From NCBI GenBank assembly GCA_965261975.1, contig CBDHEC010000021.1, positions 1 to 29,490 of the forward strand: 29,490 nucleotides of DNA, written 5' to 3'. This document shows, in pieces, positions 8,173-17,852 of this stretch (position 1 is its first letter; each line of letters starts with the position of its first letter). A program made the translations under genes and the position numbers. Source of the stretch: Alphaproteobacteria bacterium (GTDB lineage Bacteria; Pseudomonadota; Alphaproteobacteria; UBA6615). The notes beneath the pieces are model-generated. The model was not told the origin of the DNA, did not search any database, and saw nothing but the letters and a program-made list of their open reading frames with translations.

Positions 8173-9471
8173 TTAACGGTCGCCACGAATGGACCGTCCT
8201 TTTGCGATCGAGTCATGCCCCAGCTTGTCGCGAACCTCATCGATGACGGCTTCGATGCGTTTGCGATGATCGGCGTCCGGGTCGGCGAGGTCCGGCGGAT
8301 CGGCCTCGAGCGGGTCGGTAAAGTTCGAGAGGCCGATACCGATGAGCCGAAACTTGCTGTCTGTTGGCGCCGCGGCAAGCGCGCGGTCGAGCAAGGGCAC
8401 GGCCGCGCGATAGAGGGTCTCGGCCAGTTGGGTCGGTGCCGGCAACGCCTGGGAGCGGGTCAGGGTTTTGAATTGGGAGGATTTCAGTTTGAGCGTGGCC
8501 GTTCGCCCGGCGAGATCGCGCGCCTTCATGCGGTCCGTGACTTTTTCACACACCGGCCACAGGCGTTTTCTAAGGCTTTCGGGGTCGCCAATGTCTTCCG
8601 AGAAGGTGGTCTCGTTCGACAGGTTCTTGGGCAGCGAGTGGGGTGTCACGACACGTGAATCCTCGCCATGGCTGAAGCGCGCCAGGCGTTGACCGATGGC
8701 GCCATAGCGCTTCATCAGCCGGGCTTCATCATGGGCGCGTATCTGGCCGATGGTGTGCAGCCCGTCGGCGGTCAGTTTGCGGTGCAGGGACTTGCCCACA
8801 CCCCAGATCCGCGTGACCGGCAGCGTGTCGAGAAATGTAAGGGCTTCGCCCCGGCCAATGATCGCGAAGCCCCGCGGCTTGTCGATGTCGGAAGCGAGCT
8901 TCGCAAGGAACTTGTTGTAGCTGAGCCCCACCGATGCGGTGACGCCGATCTCACGTTCGATTTGATTGATCAGCCGCACGAGCGTTCTTGCCGGGCTCGC
9001 GTGATGGAGTTTCTGCGTCCCTGTGAGGTCGAGAAAGGCCTCGTCGATCGAGAGCGGTTCGACGAGGGGGGTGATTTCACGCATCAGGTCACGGATTTCA
9101 CGCCCGACCGCGCTGTATTTATCCATGTCCGGTCTGATGACCGTTGCGTCGGGGCAGAGCTTGAGCGCCTTGAACATGGGCATCGCCGAGCGCACACCGT
9201 TGATCCGGGCGATGTAACAGGCCGCCGAGACGACGCCGCGCCGTCCGCCGCCCACGATCACCGGTTTGTCCCGCAGGGAGGGGTCGTCGCGTTTCTCGAC
9301 GCTGGCGTAGAACGCATCGCAGTCGATATGTGCGATCGACAATGTGTCGAGCTCCGGGTGAGATACGATCCGCGGAGCGCCGCACGCCGGGCAACGTTGC
9401 GTCCCATGAGGGACCTCGGCCGCGCAATCGCGGCACAGGCCCGTAGGTGCGTCCTGGCTGTTCTTGCTCAT
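8173..9471 (-). CDS. dinB: DNA polymerase IV (Y family) with an N-terminal zinc ribbon
   Basis: Motifs HIDCDAFYASVE, CYIAR..GVRSAMP, SIDEAFLD and NKFLAKLASD, with CRDC...CPAC at the N-terminus. ATG 9471 overlaps the ROK stop (ATGA). Confidence 0.95.
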   Translation of the reverse strand: MSKNSQDAPTGLCRDCAAEVPHGTQRCPACGAPRIVSHPELDTLSIAHIDCDAFYASVEKRDDPSLRDKPVIVGGGRRGVVSAACYIARINGVRSAMPMFKALKLCPDATVIRPDMDKYSAVGREIRDLMREITPLVEPLSIDEAFLDLTGTQKLHHASPARTLVRLINQIEREIGVTASVGLSYNKFLAKLASDIDKPRGFAIIGRGEALTFLDTLPVTRIWGVGKSLHRKLTADGLHTIGQIRAHDEARLMKRYGAIGQRLARFSHGEDSRVVTPHSLPKNLSNETTFSEDIGDPESLRKRLWPVCEKVTDRMKARDLAGRTATLKLKSSQFKTLTRSQALPAPTQLAETLYRAAVPLLDRALAAAPTDSKFRLIGIGLSNFTDPLEADPPDLADPDADHRKRIEAVIDEVRDKLGHDSIAKGRSIRGDR

Positions 9472-10379
9472 GCCGGGGTGTCGACCGCAGGCCAGAGCCA
9501 TGCGGCACCCCGCACACCGCTTGAATCGCCATGTTTCGCCTTGCGGATAGGGGTCGAGATCATGTCCGAGAAGATATGGTCGTCGATGAGGCCGGGCAGA
9601 TGCGCATAGAGGCGATCGATATTCGATAACCCACCACCGAGGACGATCACATCCGGATCGATGATGTTGATGATCATCGCGAGGCTGCGCGCGAGCCGGC
9701 TCTCGAGGCGTGCGAGGGATGCCGCGGCGTCCGGGTCGCCCGCGTCGCACGCCGCCACGATGTCCGCGGCCGGCATAGACTTCCCGGTCTGCGCCGCGTG
9801 ATCGCGTTCGAAAGCGGGGCCCGAGACAAAGGTTTCGATACAGCCGCGCCGACCGCAGAAACAATCGCGCCCGGGGTATTCGTCTTCCGTCATCCAGGGC
9901 AAGGGGGTGTGACCCCATTCCCCGGCGATGGCATTGCCACCGACCAGGATACGGCCGTCATGGACCAGGCCGCCGCCCACGCCGGTTCCGATAATCACAC
10001 CGAAGACCGTTTGGGCGCCTTGTGCCGCGCCGTCGGCCGCTTCGGAAATGGCAAAACAGTTGGCGTCGTTCGCGACCCGCACCTTGCGACCGATATGGCT
10101 TGCGAGATCGCGATCGAAGGGCTGGCCGATGAGCCAGGTCGAGTTCGCATTCTTGATCAATCCGGTGGCCGGGGAGATGGTTCCGGGGATACCGATCCCG
10201 ACGGGTGTGGCAGAATCCGGCGCGGGATCGATCTGCGCGACCAGTTGAGCAATCGCATCCAGGGTCGCCGTGTAGTCGCCGCGCGGGGTGTCGCGGCGTG
10301 CGCGTGCGATCTCGGCACCGGAAGCATCGAGCACGATGCCCTCAATTTTCGTGCCGCCGAGATCAATTCCGATGCGCAT
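9468..10379 (-). CDS. ROK family sugar kinase (fructokinase Mak-like)
   Basis: Motifs [41 protein letters not shown] and [13 protein letters not shown]. Confidence 0.92.
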   Translation of the reverse strand: MRIGIDLGGTKIEGIVLDASGAEIARARRDTPRGDYTATLDAIAQLVAQIDPAPDSATPVGIGIPGTISPATGLIKNANSTWLIGQPFDRDLASHIGRKVRVANDANCFAISEAADGAAQGAQTVFGVIIGTGVGGGLVHDGRILVGGNAIAGEWGHTPLPWMTEDEYPGRDCFCGRRGCIETFVSGPAFERDHAAQTGKSMPAADIVAACDAGDPDAAASLARLESRLARSLAMIINIIDPDVIVLGGGLSNIDRLYAHLPGLIDDHIFSDMISTPIRKAKHGDSSGVRGAAWLWPAVDTPA

Positions 10380-10527
10380 GTCGATGGGGCTCGAGGCTAG
10401 CTGTGGACTTTTGCAGCATTATTATCCATTTTTCATAGCGAGTCCGCGCAACGTCGGGGGAACGGACGGCTCATGGGGAAAACTGTGGGGGAAGGCCCGG
10501 CATTTTTTAAACTATGTCAGGCTGGGC

Positions 10528-10896
10528 ATGTCCAAGACCGTACTCATCGTCGAAGACAATGAATTGAATATGAAGCTCTTCCACGATCTGCTGGAAGCGC
10601 AGGGATATGACACCCTCCAGACAAAGGATGGCCGCGAAGCGCTCCAGCTGGCTCGCGAACATCATCCCGATCTTGTCTTGATGGATATCCAGTTACCGGA
10701 AGTCTCGGGGCTGGAAGTCACGAAGTGGATCAAAGAGGACGACAAACTTCGGGATATCCCGGTGATCGCCGTGACAGCCTTTGCCATGAAGGGCGATGAG
10801 GAAAAAATCTGGCAGGGTGGTTGCGAGGCATATATCGCCAAGCCGATCTCGGTTTCCGAGTTCCTCGAAACGGTACAGAAATTTATCGACGCCTAG
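10528..10896 (+). CDS. divK: Single-domain cell-cycle response regulator DivK
   Basis: [22 protein letters not shown]...[18 protein letters not shown]...[26 protein letters not shown]. Asp53 and Asp90 fall at the expected positions; 122 aa. Confidence 0.93.
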   Translation: MSKTVLIVEDNELNMKLFHDLLEAQGYDTLQTKDGREALQLAREHHPDLVLMDIQLPEVSGLEVTKWIKEDDKLRDIPVIAVTAFAMKGDEEKIWQGGCEAYIAKPISVSEFLETVQKFIDA

Positions 10897-10930
10897 TTCG
10901 ATGGCCGCGTGCCGTGGCTAACATCGCGCC

Positions 10931-10965
10931 ATGCAAAAAGCCGCCCAAAGGGCGGCTTTTTGCAT
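10931..10965. terminator. Bidirectional rho-independent terminator between the convergent divK and rpmG
   Basis: Perfect inverted repeat ATGCAAAAAGCCGCCC-AAA-GGGCGGCTTTTTGCAT, giving a T tract on both strands. Confidence 0.9.
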
Positions 10966-11000
10966 CGTGACTGCCCGGCATGGCCAGGCGTGCCAACTTG

Positions 11001-11168
11001 CTATTTCATCTTCTCTTCCTTGAATGTCACATGCTTGCGCACGACCGGGTCGTACTTGCGCATCTCTAGCTTCTCCGGCTTCTGTCGCGGATTCTTCTTC
11101 GTGACATAGTAGTAACCGGTGTCCGCCGAACTGACGAGTTTCACAAGGATGGTAGCGGGTTTCGCCAT
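11001..11168 (-). CDS. rpmG: 50S ribosomal protein L33 (absent from the supplied ORF track)
   Basis: Manual translation gives [55 protein letters not shown] (55 aa, Cys-free type). AGGA RBS upstream. Confidence 0.97.
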   Translation of the reverse strand: MAKPATILVKLVSSADTGYYYVTKKNPRQKPEKLEMRKYDPVVRKHVTFKEEKMK

Positions 11169-11201
11169 GGTTTTTGTCCTGAGGCTTTAAATCTGGCCGG
11201 G

Positions 11202-11230
11202 AAGATACCTTGCAACCCGCTCAAGTCAAG
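11202..11230 (-). promoter_or_regulatory. Putative sigma70 promoter of rpmG
   Basis: The - strand reads cTTGACT-N16-TATCTT, about 35 nt upstream of the rpmG ATG. Confidence 0.55.
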
Positions 11231-11242
11231 CGGTGAAGGGAA

Positions 11243-12814
11243 TTAGCGGTGCGCCACGGACGTATCGCCCTGGTGCAAAAGCGACGCGTAAAGTCCGGGA
11301 TCGCCGATTATCGCCGTTGCCAGGGAGACATCGACATCGGGTGCGCCCCCGTCGGACGGGCAAATTTGCCGCAGGCCGGCCCGGTCGGCAGTATCGGCGT
11401 TGCCTGTTGCGCGCCAGTTTCCGAACTGCCCGGCGAGAACATTTTGTCCATCGCGAACGGCCGGCACCAGCGCATCGGCGGATTTCAGGTCACCGCCACC
11501 GTGGGTGCAGACGGTTGGCAGGACCCCGAGTTCATGAATCCTGTACCCGGATGGTGCGAGGATTCGTGACCATGTGAGGGTGATCTCGCCGTTGTTGGGC
11601 AGGCGCAGCACGGATTGCACCGTGCCCTTGCCGAAAGAGTTGGTGCCGATAACGACCGCGCGGCCGTGGTCCTGCATTGCCGCGGCAACGACTTCAGCCG
11701 CAGAGGCCGAATTGCCATTGATCAGGATCACGATGGGTCGCTGGCCGGCTGCGTCTCCTTGGGACGCGGAGAACGCCTGCTGGCTGTTGGGGTGCCGACC
11801 GCGGGTGGCAATGATGTTACCGTTTTCGAGGAAGATGTCCGCCACGTCGATAGACACATCCAGCCGACCGCCCGGGTTCGAGCGAAGGTCGAGAACAAAA
11901 CCCGTCGGCGGGCCGTCGGGGCTGCGCATCTCCTGTTGCACGAGGCGGCGAAGATCCTTGGCGGAATCGACATTGAAGCCGATCAGGCGAATGATCGCGA
12001 TGCCGTTTTCGCGCCGGGTTTCTGCGGTCTCGGGCACCACATGCTGTCGTACGACCACGACCGGTATCGGTGCGGGGCTTCCCTTGCGCGCGATCGTGAA
12101 GCTGACGGGACTGTTGACCGGTCCGCGAAGGGTCTCGATGAGCTGGCGCTGCTTCCAGCCCGCGATCGACTCTCCCCCGACATGGGTAATCCGGTCCTGA
12201 TCGCGTATGCCGGCCTTTGCCGCCGGGCCTCCCGGGGTGACAGACAGGATCAGCGCGTCGGCTTCTTCCTTGGCGATCGTCACGCCGATCCCGCCGAACC
12301 CGTCACGAAAGGCTCGTTTTTCGTTGGCGGTCTCCGCATCGTCATATCGCGAAAACTTATCCAGCGGGGATAGCACGCCATCGAAGACAGCCTTGAAGAC
12401 AGTCTCGGCGCGCGCGTCGGCAAGTGAAGGAGAGGCTTTACGGGCGATCGATATTGCTTCGACGGTCGTCTGGCTCCAGACCTCCGGGTCGTCACTTCGG
12501 GGCGTGGCGAGACGGCCGACCGCCCGGTTTCGATAGAGGACTTCGATGTTCTGGTCTGTGCGGCGTATATCGAGATTGGAATCGATCTGATGCAACCCGG
12601 CCAACCCGCTCAGGCTCAGATCCCGAAGAGACACATCCGCGATGTATCGGTCGTTGATAAAGCTGTAACCCGTGTCGAACATTTCGCGGCTATAGCTGTC
12701 CGAATATCCGGCATCTACATCCGGACCGGCCTGGACACAGGCCGCCAGAACAAGCGCGACGACCAGCAAGCCGGTCCTTCGGGTCAACATGAACTTTTTC
12801 TTCAAGTCGTTCAT
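11243..12814 (-). CDS. S41 (C-terminal processing, CtpA-like) peptidase with a PDZ domain, predicted lipoprotein
   Basis: Lipobox LAAC, PDZ motifs FGGIGV and GGPAAKAGI, DLRSNPGG, and catalytic NSASAAE and FGKGTVQ. Start uncertain (12790, 12814 or 12823). Confidence 0.88.
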   Translation of the reverse strand: MNDLKKKFMLTRRTGLLVVALVLAACVQAGPDVDAGYSDSYSREMFDTGYSFINDRYIADVSLRDLSLSGLAGLHQIDSNLDIRRTDQNIEVLYRNRAVGRLATPRSDDPEVWSQTTVEAISIARKASPSLADARAETVFKAVFDGVLSPLDKFSRYDDAETANEKRAFRDGFGGIGVTIAKEEADALILSVTPGGPAAKAGIRDQDRITHVGGESIAGWKQRQLIETLRGPVNSPVSFTIARKGSPAPIPVVVVRQHVVPETAETRRENGIAIIRLIGFNVDSAKDLRRLVQQEMRSPDGPPTGFVLDLRSNPGGRLDVSIDVADIFLENGNIIATRGRHPNSQQAFSASQGDAAGQRPIVILINGNSASAAEVVAAAMQDHGRAVVIGTNSFGKGTVQSVLRLPNNGEITLTWSRILAPSGYRIHELGVLPTVCTHGGGDLKSADALVPAVRDGQNVLAGQFGNWRATGNADTADRAGLRQICPSDGGAPDVDVSLATAIIGDPGLYASLLHQGDTSVAHR

Positions 12815-12898
12815 ATACTTCACATATCGCGCGCGTGGTGTTCGGGTAAAGGGCAGATGTCGGCGGGCTACATCGTAACGGAAACCGGTACCAATCGG

Positions 12899-15145
12899 TT
12901 AACGCCGCCGCTGCCGCTTCTTGTGGCGCTTGTCGGGACGTTTGCGCCCGGACCGGCCCTTGCGCGCGGCGTGTCTGCTTTTCTCGTGAGACGACGAGCC
13001 GCTGTCCATCAGGTCAAAGATGGATGCGCCGCGCAATCCGTCGGCTTCGGAGACCCGAATTTCGACGGCATCTCCCAGCCGATAGGTGCCGCCACCGGGG
13101 GATTCGATCGTTTGCGTGCGCGCGTCGAAGCGAGGCCGCCCGCCCGGTAGCCGTGATGCGGGAACGAAACCCTCCGCACCTTTGTCGTCGATGGCAACGA
13201 ACAACCCGGAGCGCGTAATCCCGCGAACGGTGCCGGAGAAATTGGAACCGATATGTCCGGCGAGGTAGGCGGCCGTGTAGCGGTCATTGGCATCGCGTTC
13301 CGCGACCACCGCGCGACGCTCGGTTTTTGAAATATGATCACCAAGCTCCTCGAAGCGATTGGCCTGATTGTCGTCCAGACCGCCATCACCAAGACCCAAT
13401 CCCCGGATCAGGGCGCGGTGTACCAGCAGGTCGGCGTAGCGACGGATCGGTGAGGTAAAATGGGCGTAGTCACGCAAACCGAGCCCGAAATGACCGACAT
13501 TGTCGGGGCTGTAGGCAGCCTGCATCTGGGCACGGAGAATGAGCTCGTTGACGGAACCTTCATGCGCCTCGCCCCGGACCCGGGCGAGAATGCCGTTGAA
13601 ATCGCCCGGCCGCGATATGCCGCCGCGATTCATCTTGATCCCGAATCCCGCCAGGGCTTCGCGCAGGTCTTCGAGTTTTTCCAGTGACGGTTCGTCATGA
13701 ATACGGAACATCACCGGCTGCCCGCGTTTTTTGAGCTCGCGCGCTGCAGCGACGTTCGCCGCAATCATGAATTCCTCGATCAGCCGGTGACTGTCGAGCC
13801 GGATGACCGGCACGATGTCCGAGACCCGACCCGCGTCGTCGAGGACAACCCGGCGTTCCGGCAATTCGAGATCCAATGCACCACGGGTGCGCCGCGCTTC
13901 CGACAATGCCTTGTAGGCACCGTACAGATTGGCGAGATGACCCGGCGCGACCGGGTCCGTGTTGGCGTCGCGGGCGGCTTGTACCTCTTCGTAGGTCAGG
14001 CGTGCGGCGGATCGCATGAGGCCGCGGCTAAATTTGAACGATCGCAGATCGCCGCCGGGACCGATCCACAGGTCGGCCGCCAAGCAGGCGCGGTCTTCGT
14101 CGGGGCGGAGCGAACACAGGCCGTTCGAGAGGGCTTCCGGCAACATGGGAACGACGAGATCGGGGAAGTAGGCGGAGTTGCCGCGTTTGTATGCCTCGCG
14201 GTCGAGCGCGCTGTCCGGCGTGACATAGGCGGCGACATCTGCGATTGCGACGACGATGTGCCAGCCGCCATCCGTGCTTCGGGTCGTGTCCGGCTCGGCG
14301 AAAACGGCGTCGTCGAAATCCCGCGCATCGGCGCCGTCGATCGTGACCAACGGTAAATCGCGCAGGTCCACGCGGTCGCCCAGAACCGGCGGCAGGGCCG
14401 CCTCGGCGTCGGCGACGACAGCGTCGGGGAACCGCACCGGAATGCCCGCCCGATGGATGGCAATCCGGCTGATCGCGCCGGGTGCATCGCCGGCGCCGAG
14501 GTTTTCGACGATGCGCGCCTGGGTCATGCCCTGGCGGCGGGCCGTGAGAATCTCGATGACGACCAGATCTCCGTCCTGTGCCGCGACGTCGCTCGTGGGT
14601 GCCACGGCAAACTCGTCACGCCGGCCGCGTTCGAGGGGAAGAATGCGGCCGCCGTCCTGACCGATCCGATGCTGGCCGACGATCGTCTCGGCTTCGCTCT
14701 GGGCAGCGCGCAGGGGTTGCGCGGTGTAGCGGTTGTCGCCGCGGGGCGACATCCGTGCGAGAAAGCGGTCGCCGGGTCCGGGCGCGGCCATGCTGCGTGG
14801 TGCGCGAAGGACCTCGATCTCGGGTGGCGCCGTGTCAGCGCGGTGATCGACGGGTTTGACCTGCAGCTCGCCGTCGGCATCGATAGCCACGACCTCGAGC
14901 ACCGCGACCGGGGGCAGGGCGTCGGCAAGCCGCCAGCGCCGTCCCTGAACCCGCTCGATGCGACCGGAATCCTCGAGTTCACGAAGGCGGTGGCGCAATT
15001 CGGTACGCTGGGCGCCCTTCAGCGAGAAATGGCGCGCGATTTCACGAGTGGGCTGGGCGTCGGCGCCGGCACGGAGGAACTCCAGAATCGCCTGTTCATC
15101 GGGCAGGCTGCCCGCTTCCGCCTCGCTTGATTTGCGTTTGGCCAA
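12899..15145 (-). CDS. rnr: Ribonuclease R
   Basis: N-terminal HTH, TIDGADARDFDDA, IEEFMIAAN, HFTSPIRRYADL, an S1 domain and a basic C-terminal tail. TTG start. Confidence 0.95.
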   Translation of the reverse strand: MAKRKSSEAEAGSLPDEQAILEFLRAGADAQPTREIARHFSLKGAQRTELRHRLRELEDSGRIERVQGRRWRLADALPPVAVLEVVAIDADGELQVKPVDHRADTAPPEIEVLRAPRSMAAPGPGDRFLARMSPRGDNRYTAQPLRAAQSEAETIVGQHRIGQDGGRILPLERGRRDEFAVAPTSDVAAQDGDLVVIEILTARRQGMTQARIVENLGAGDAPGAISRIAIHRAGIPVRFPDAVVADAEAALPPVLGDRVDLRDLPLVTIDGADARDFDDAVFAEPDTTRSTDGGWHIVVAIADVAAYVTPDSALDREAYKRGNSAYFPDLVVPMLPEALSNGLCSLRPDEDRACLAADLWIGPGGDLRSFKFSRGLMRSAARLTYEEVQAARDANTDPVAPGHLANLYGAYKALSEARRTRGALDLELPERRVVLDDAGRVSDIVPVIRLDSHRLIEEFMIAANVAAARELKKRGQPVMFRIHDEPSLEKLEDLREALAGFGIKMNRGGISRPGDFNGILARVRGEAHEGSVNELILRAQMQAAYSPDNVGHFGLGLRDYAHFTSPIRRYADLLVHRALIRGLGLGDGGLDDNQANRFEELGDHISKTERRAVVAERDANDRYTAAYLAGHIGSNFSGTVRGITRSGLFVAIDDKGAEGFVPASRLPGGRPRFDARTQTIESPGGGTYRLGDAVEIRVSEADGLRGASIFDLMDSGSSSHEKSRHAARKGRSGRKRPDKRHKKRQRRR

Positions 15146-15154
15146 GCCGTTCGG

Positions 15155-17836
15155 CTAGTCCGCGCTCGGCGCGGGGTCTGCCTTGGTGGCGGCAGCTTTC
15201 TTGGCGGCTGGCTTTTTCGCCGTGCTCTTTTTCTTTGCGGCCGCCTTTTTCTTGGTGGGTTTCTTCGCCGGTTTCTTCTTTGCCGGAGCTGCCTTGGCTT
15301 TTGCCGCCCGGGCCGCAATCAACTCGACCGCCACTTCGAGGGTCACATCCTGCGGGTCGACCGCCTTGGGGATCGTGGCGTTGATCTTGCCGTGCTTCAC
15401 ATAGGGGCCATAACGGCCGTCATGCACGGTAACCGGCTTTTCGTCGTCGGGATGGTTGCCCAGCTCCTTGAGTGGTGCTGCGCGACCGCGACGTCCCTTG
15501 CCCTTTTCCGCAAGGACCGTGACGGCACGATTGAGGCCGACGGTCAGAACTTCCCGCGGATCGGGTAGCGAGGCGTAGACGGTGCCATGTTTAACATACG
15601 GGCCGTAACGGCCGATCCCGGCCTGGATGACGACCGCATCCTCGGGGTGGGGGCCGATGTCACGCGGCAGGGCCAGCAGGCCCAGCGCGAGCTCAAGCTC
15701 GATTTCATCCAGCGTGTAGCCGTCGGGGATCGAGGTGCGTTTTGGCTTGGTCGCCTTCTTGCCTTCGCCTTCGGGTTCGCCGAGCTGCACATACAGGCCA
15801 TAGGGGCCCTTGCGCAGGGTCACATCCTTGCCGGTCTCAGGGTCCTTGCCGAGTTCGCGGGGGCCGTTGGCCAGATCGGCTGTCTCGTCGTCACCGCCGT
15901 CGACGGCGAGTTTGCGGGTGTACTTGCACTCGGGATAGTTGGAGCACCCCACGAACGGGCCATGCTTGCCCAGACGCAACCCAAGCCGACCCTCGCTGCA
16001 GGCAGGGCAGACACGTGCATCAGTGCCGTCTTCGCGGGTCGGGAAAAAATGTGGCCCGAGTTCTTCGTCGAGCGTGTCCAGTACGGATCGGACTCGCAGC
16101 TCTGCGGTGCCGTCGATGGCACTCGAGAAATCCTGCCAGAACTCGCGCAGGACGGCTTTCCAGTCGATGCGCCCGCCGGAGATGTCATCCAGGCGTTCTT
16201 CCATCTGCGCCGTGAAATCATACTGCACATAGCGTTCGAAGAAGCTGCTCAGGAAACTGGTGACGAGGCGGCCCTGATCTTCCGGCATGAACCTCTTGCG
16301 GTCGAGCTGGACATATTTCCGGTCCTGCAGGACCTGGATGATCGACGCGTAGGTCGAGGGGCGGCCGATTCCCAGTTCTTCCATCGTCTTGACGAGGCTT
16401 GCCTCGGAATAACGCGGCGGCGGCTGGGTGAAATGCTGTTCCGGCGTGACCTCGCGGACGGCGGCGGCTTCGCCTTCGTCGAGCGGCGGCAGGCGGCGTT
16501 CGTCGTCGCTGTCGCTGTTTTCGCTGTCGCCGTTTGTCGGATCGTCCTTGTCTTCGCGGTACAGCTTCAGGAAACCGTCGAAGGCAACGGTCTGACCGTT
16601 GGCCCGCAGCGCCAGCTGCGAGTCTGCGGAGCGCAGATCCACGGCGACGCGGTCGATCTGGGCTTCGGCCATTTCCGAGGCCATCGTCCGGCGCCAGATC
16701 AGTTCGTAGAGCCGGAACAGGTCGCTATCGAGCGTGTTTTTCAGGCTTGCCGGGCGACGGGACAGATCGGTTGGACGAACCGCTTCATGGGCTTCCTGGG
16801 CGTTTTTCGCTTTGGTGCGGTAGACGCGAGGTTTCTCCGGCAGATAGTCGCCGCCGAAATCCTGATCAATTATGTTTCGACAGGATGCGATGGCTTCCTG
16901 GCTCAGCGTGACACTGTCGGTTCGCATGTAAGTGATAAGGCCGACGGTCTCGCCGTCAATCTCGACACCTTCGTAGAGACGCTGGGCCACCCGCATGGTC
17001 TGGGATGTGCCAAAGCCGAGCTTGCGCGAGGCTTCCTGCTGAAGAGTCGATGTCGTGAATGGCGGTTGGGGATTGCGCCGGGTGCGCTTCTTCTCGATCG
17101 AGGCGATCTTGAAGCTGGCGGCCTCGACGTCACTCTTCGCGGCGTTGGCCGCACCTTCATCGGCAATGTCGAAACGTTCGAGCTTCTGGCCGTTCCGTTC
17201 GACGAGGCGCGCCTGGTAGGGTGAACCCTGGGCGTTGTTCAAACCGACCTCGATGGACCAGTATTCGCGCGCCTTGAAAGCCTCGATCTCGGCCTCGCGC
17301 TCGCAGATGAGGCGCAGTGCCACCGACTGCACGCGGCCGGCGGATCGGGAACCCGGCAATTTGCGCCAGAGCACCGGCGATAGGTTGAAGCCGACGAGAT
17401 AATCGAGCGCACGCCGCGCGAGATAGGCCTCGACAAGTTCGTTGTTCAGGCTGCGCGGATGGTTGAAGGCATCCTGAACCGCACCTTTCGTGATCTCGTT
17501 GAACACCACGCGTTTGACGTCGATGTCGTCCAGCAGGCCCCGGTCGCGCAGGAGTTGCTCGATATGCCAGGAGATCGCCTCGCCCTCGCGATCCGGATCG
17601 GTCGCGAGATAGAGGATCTCGGCGCCGTCGAGTGCGTCGACAATGGCACTGACCTGTTTCTCGGAGCGGGCATCGATCGCCCAGTCCATATCGAAATCTT
17701 CATCAGGACGGACCGAGCCGTCTTTCGGCGGCAGGTCGCGCACATGTCCATAGGAGGCCAGCACGGTGTAGGCATCACCGAGATACTTGTTGATGGTCTT
17801 GGCCTTGGAGGGCGATTCGACGACGACGACGTTCAT
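15155..17836 (-). CDS. topA: DNA topoisomerase I
   Basis: VVESPSKAKTI, ATDPDREGEAI, SAGRVQS, catalytic ITYMRTDS, GIGRPSTY, one zinc ribbon, GPYG/GRYG C-terminal repeats and a Lys/Ala-rich tail. Confidence 0.98.
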   Translation of the reverse strand: MNVVVVESPSKAKTINKYLGDAYTVLASYGHVRDLPPKDGSVRPDEDFDMDWAIDARSEKQVSAIVDALDGAEILYLATDPDREGEAISWHIEQLLRDRGLLDDIDVKRVVFNEITKGAVQDAFNHPRSLNNELVEAYLARRALDYLVGFNLSPVLWRKLPGSRSAGRVQSVALRLICEREAEIEAFKAREYWSIEVGLNNAQGSPYQARLVERNGQKLERFDIADEGAANAAKSDVEAASFKIASIEKKRTRRNPQPPFTTSTLQQEASRKLGFGTSQTMRVAQRLYEGVEIDGETVGLITYMRTDSVTLSQEAIASCRNIIDQDFGGDYLPEKPRVYRTKAKNAQEAHEAVRPTDLSRRPASLKNTLDSDLFRLYELIWRRTMASEMAEAQIDRVAVDLRSADSQLALRANGQTVAFDGFLKLYREDKDDPTNGDSENSDSDDERRLPPLDEGEAAAVREVTPEQHFTQPPPRYSEASLVKTMEELGIGRPSTYASIIQVLQDRKYVQLDRKRFMPEDQGRLVTSFLSSFFERYVQYDFTAQMEERLDDISGGRIDWKAVLREFWQDFSSAIDGTAELRVRSVLDTLDEELGPHFFPTREDGTDARVCPACSEGRLGLRLGKHGPFVGCSNYPECKYTRKLAVDGGDDETADLANGPRELGKDPETGKDVTLRKGPYGLYVQLGEPEGEGKKATKPKRTSIPDGYTLDEIELELALGLLALPRDIGPHPEDAVVIQAGIGRYGPYVKHGTVYASLPDPREVLTVGLNRAVTVLAEKGKGRRGRAAPLKELGNHPDDEKPVTVHDGRYGPYVKHGKINATIPKAVDPQDVTLEVAVELIAARAAKAKAAPAKKKPAKKPTKKKAAAKKKSTAKKPAAKKAAATKADPAPSAD

Positions 17837-17852
17837 GCAGAGAGGATTCCGC

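Noticed and set aside
9472-9918. 581-aa DinB with a long N-terminal extension, as given in the ORF track
   Set aside because: The extension overlaps the ROK gene in another frame. ATG 9471 forms an ATGA overlap and precedes the typical zinc ribbon.
10288-10527. N-terminally extended DivK (202 aa)
   Set aside because: It overlaps the ROK start. ATG 10528 gives canonical Asp53/Asp90 numbering.
10909-11109. 66-aa ORF after divK as a pleD remnant
   Set aside because: It runs through the terminator and antisense to rpmG, with no REC or GGDEF motifs.
15587-17224. 545-aa antisense ORF within topA, and similar long antisense ORFs over dinB, rnr, pyrB, pyrC, rfbF and the kinase
   Set aside because: These are shadow ORFs expected from high-GC codon bias, with no recognisable motifs, lying opposite well-supported genes.
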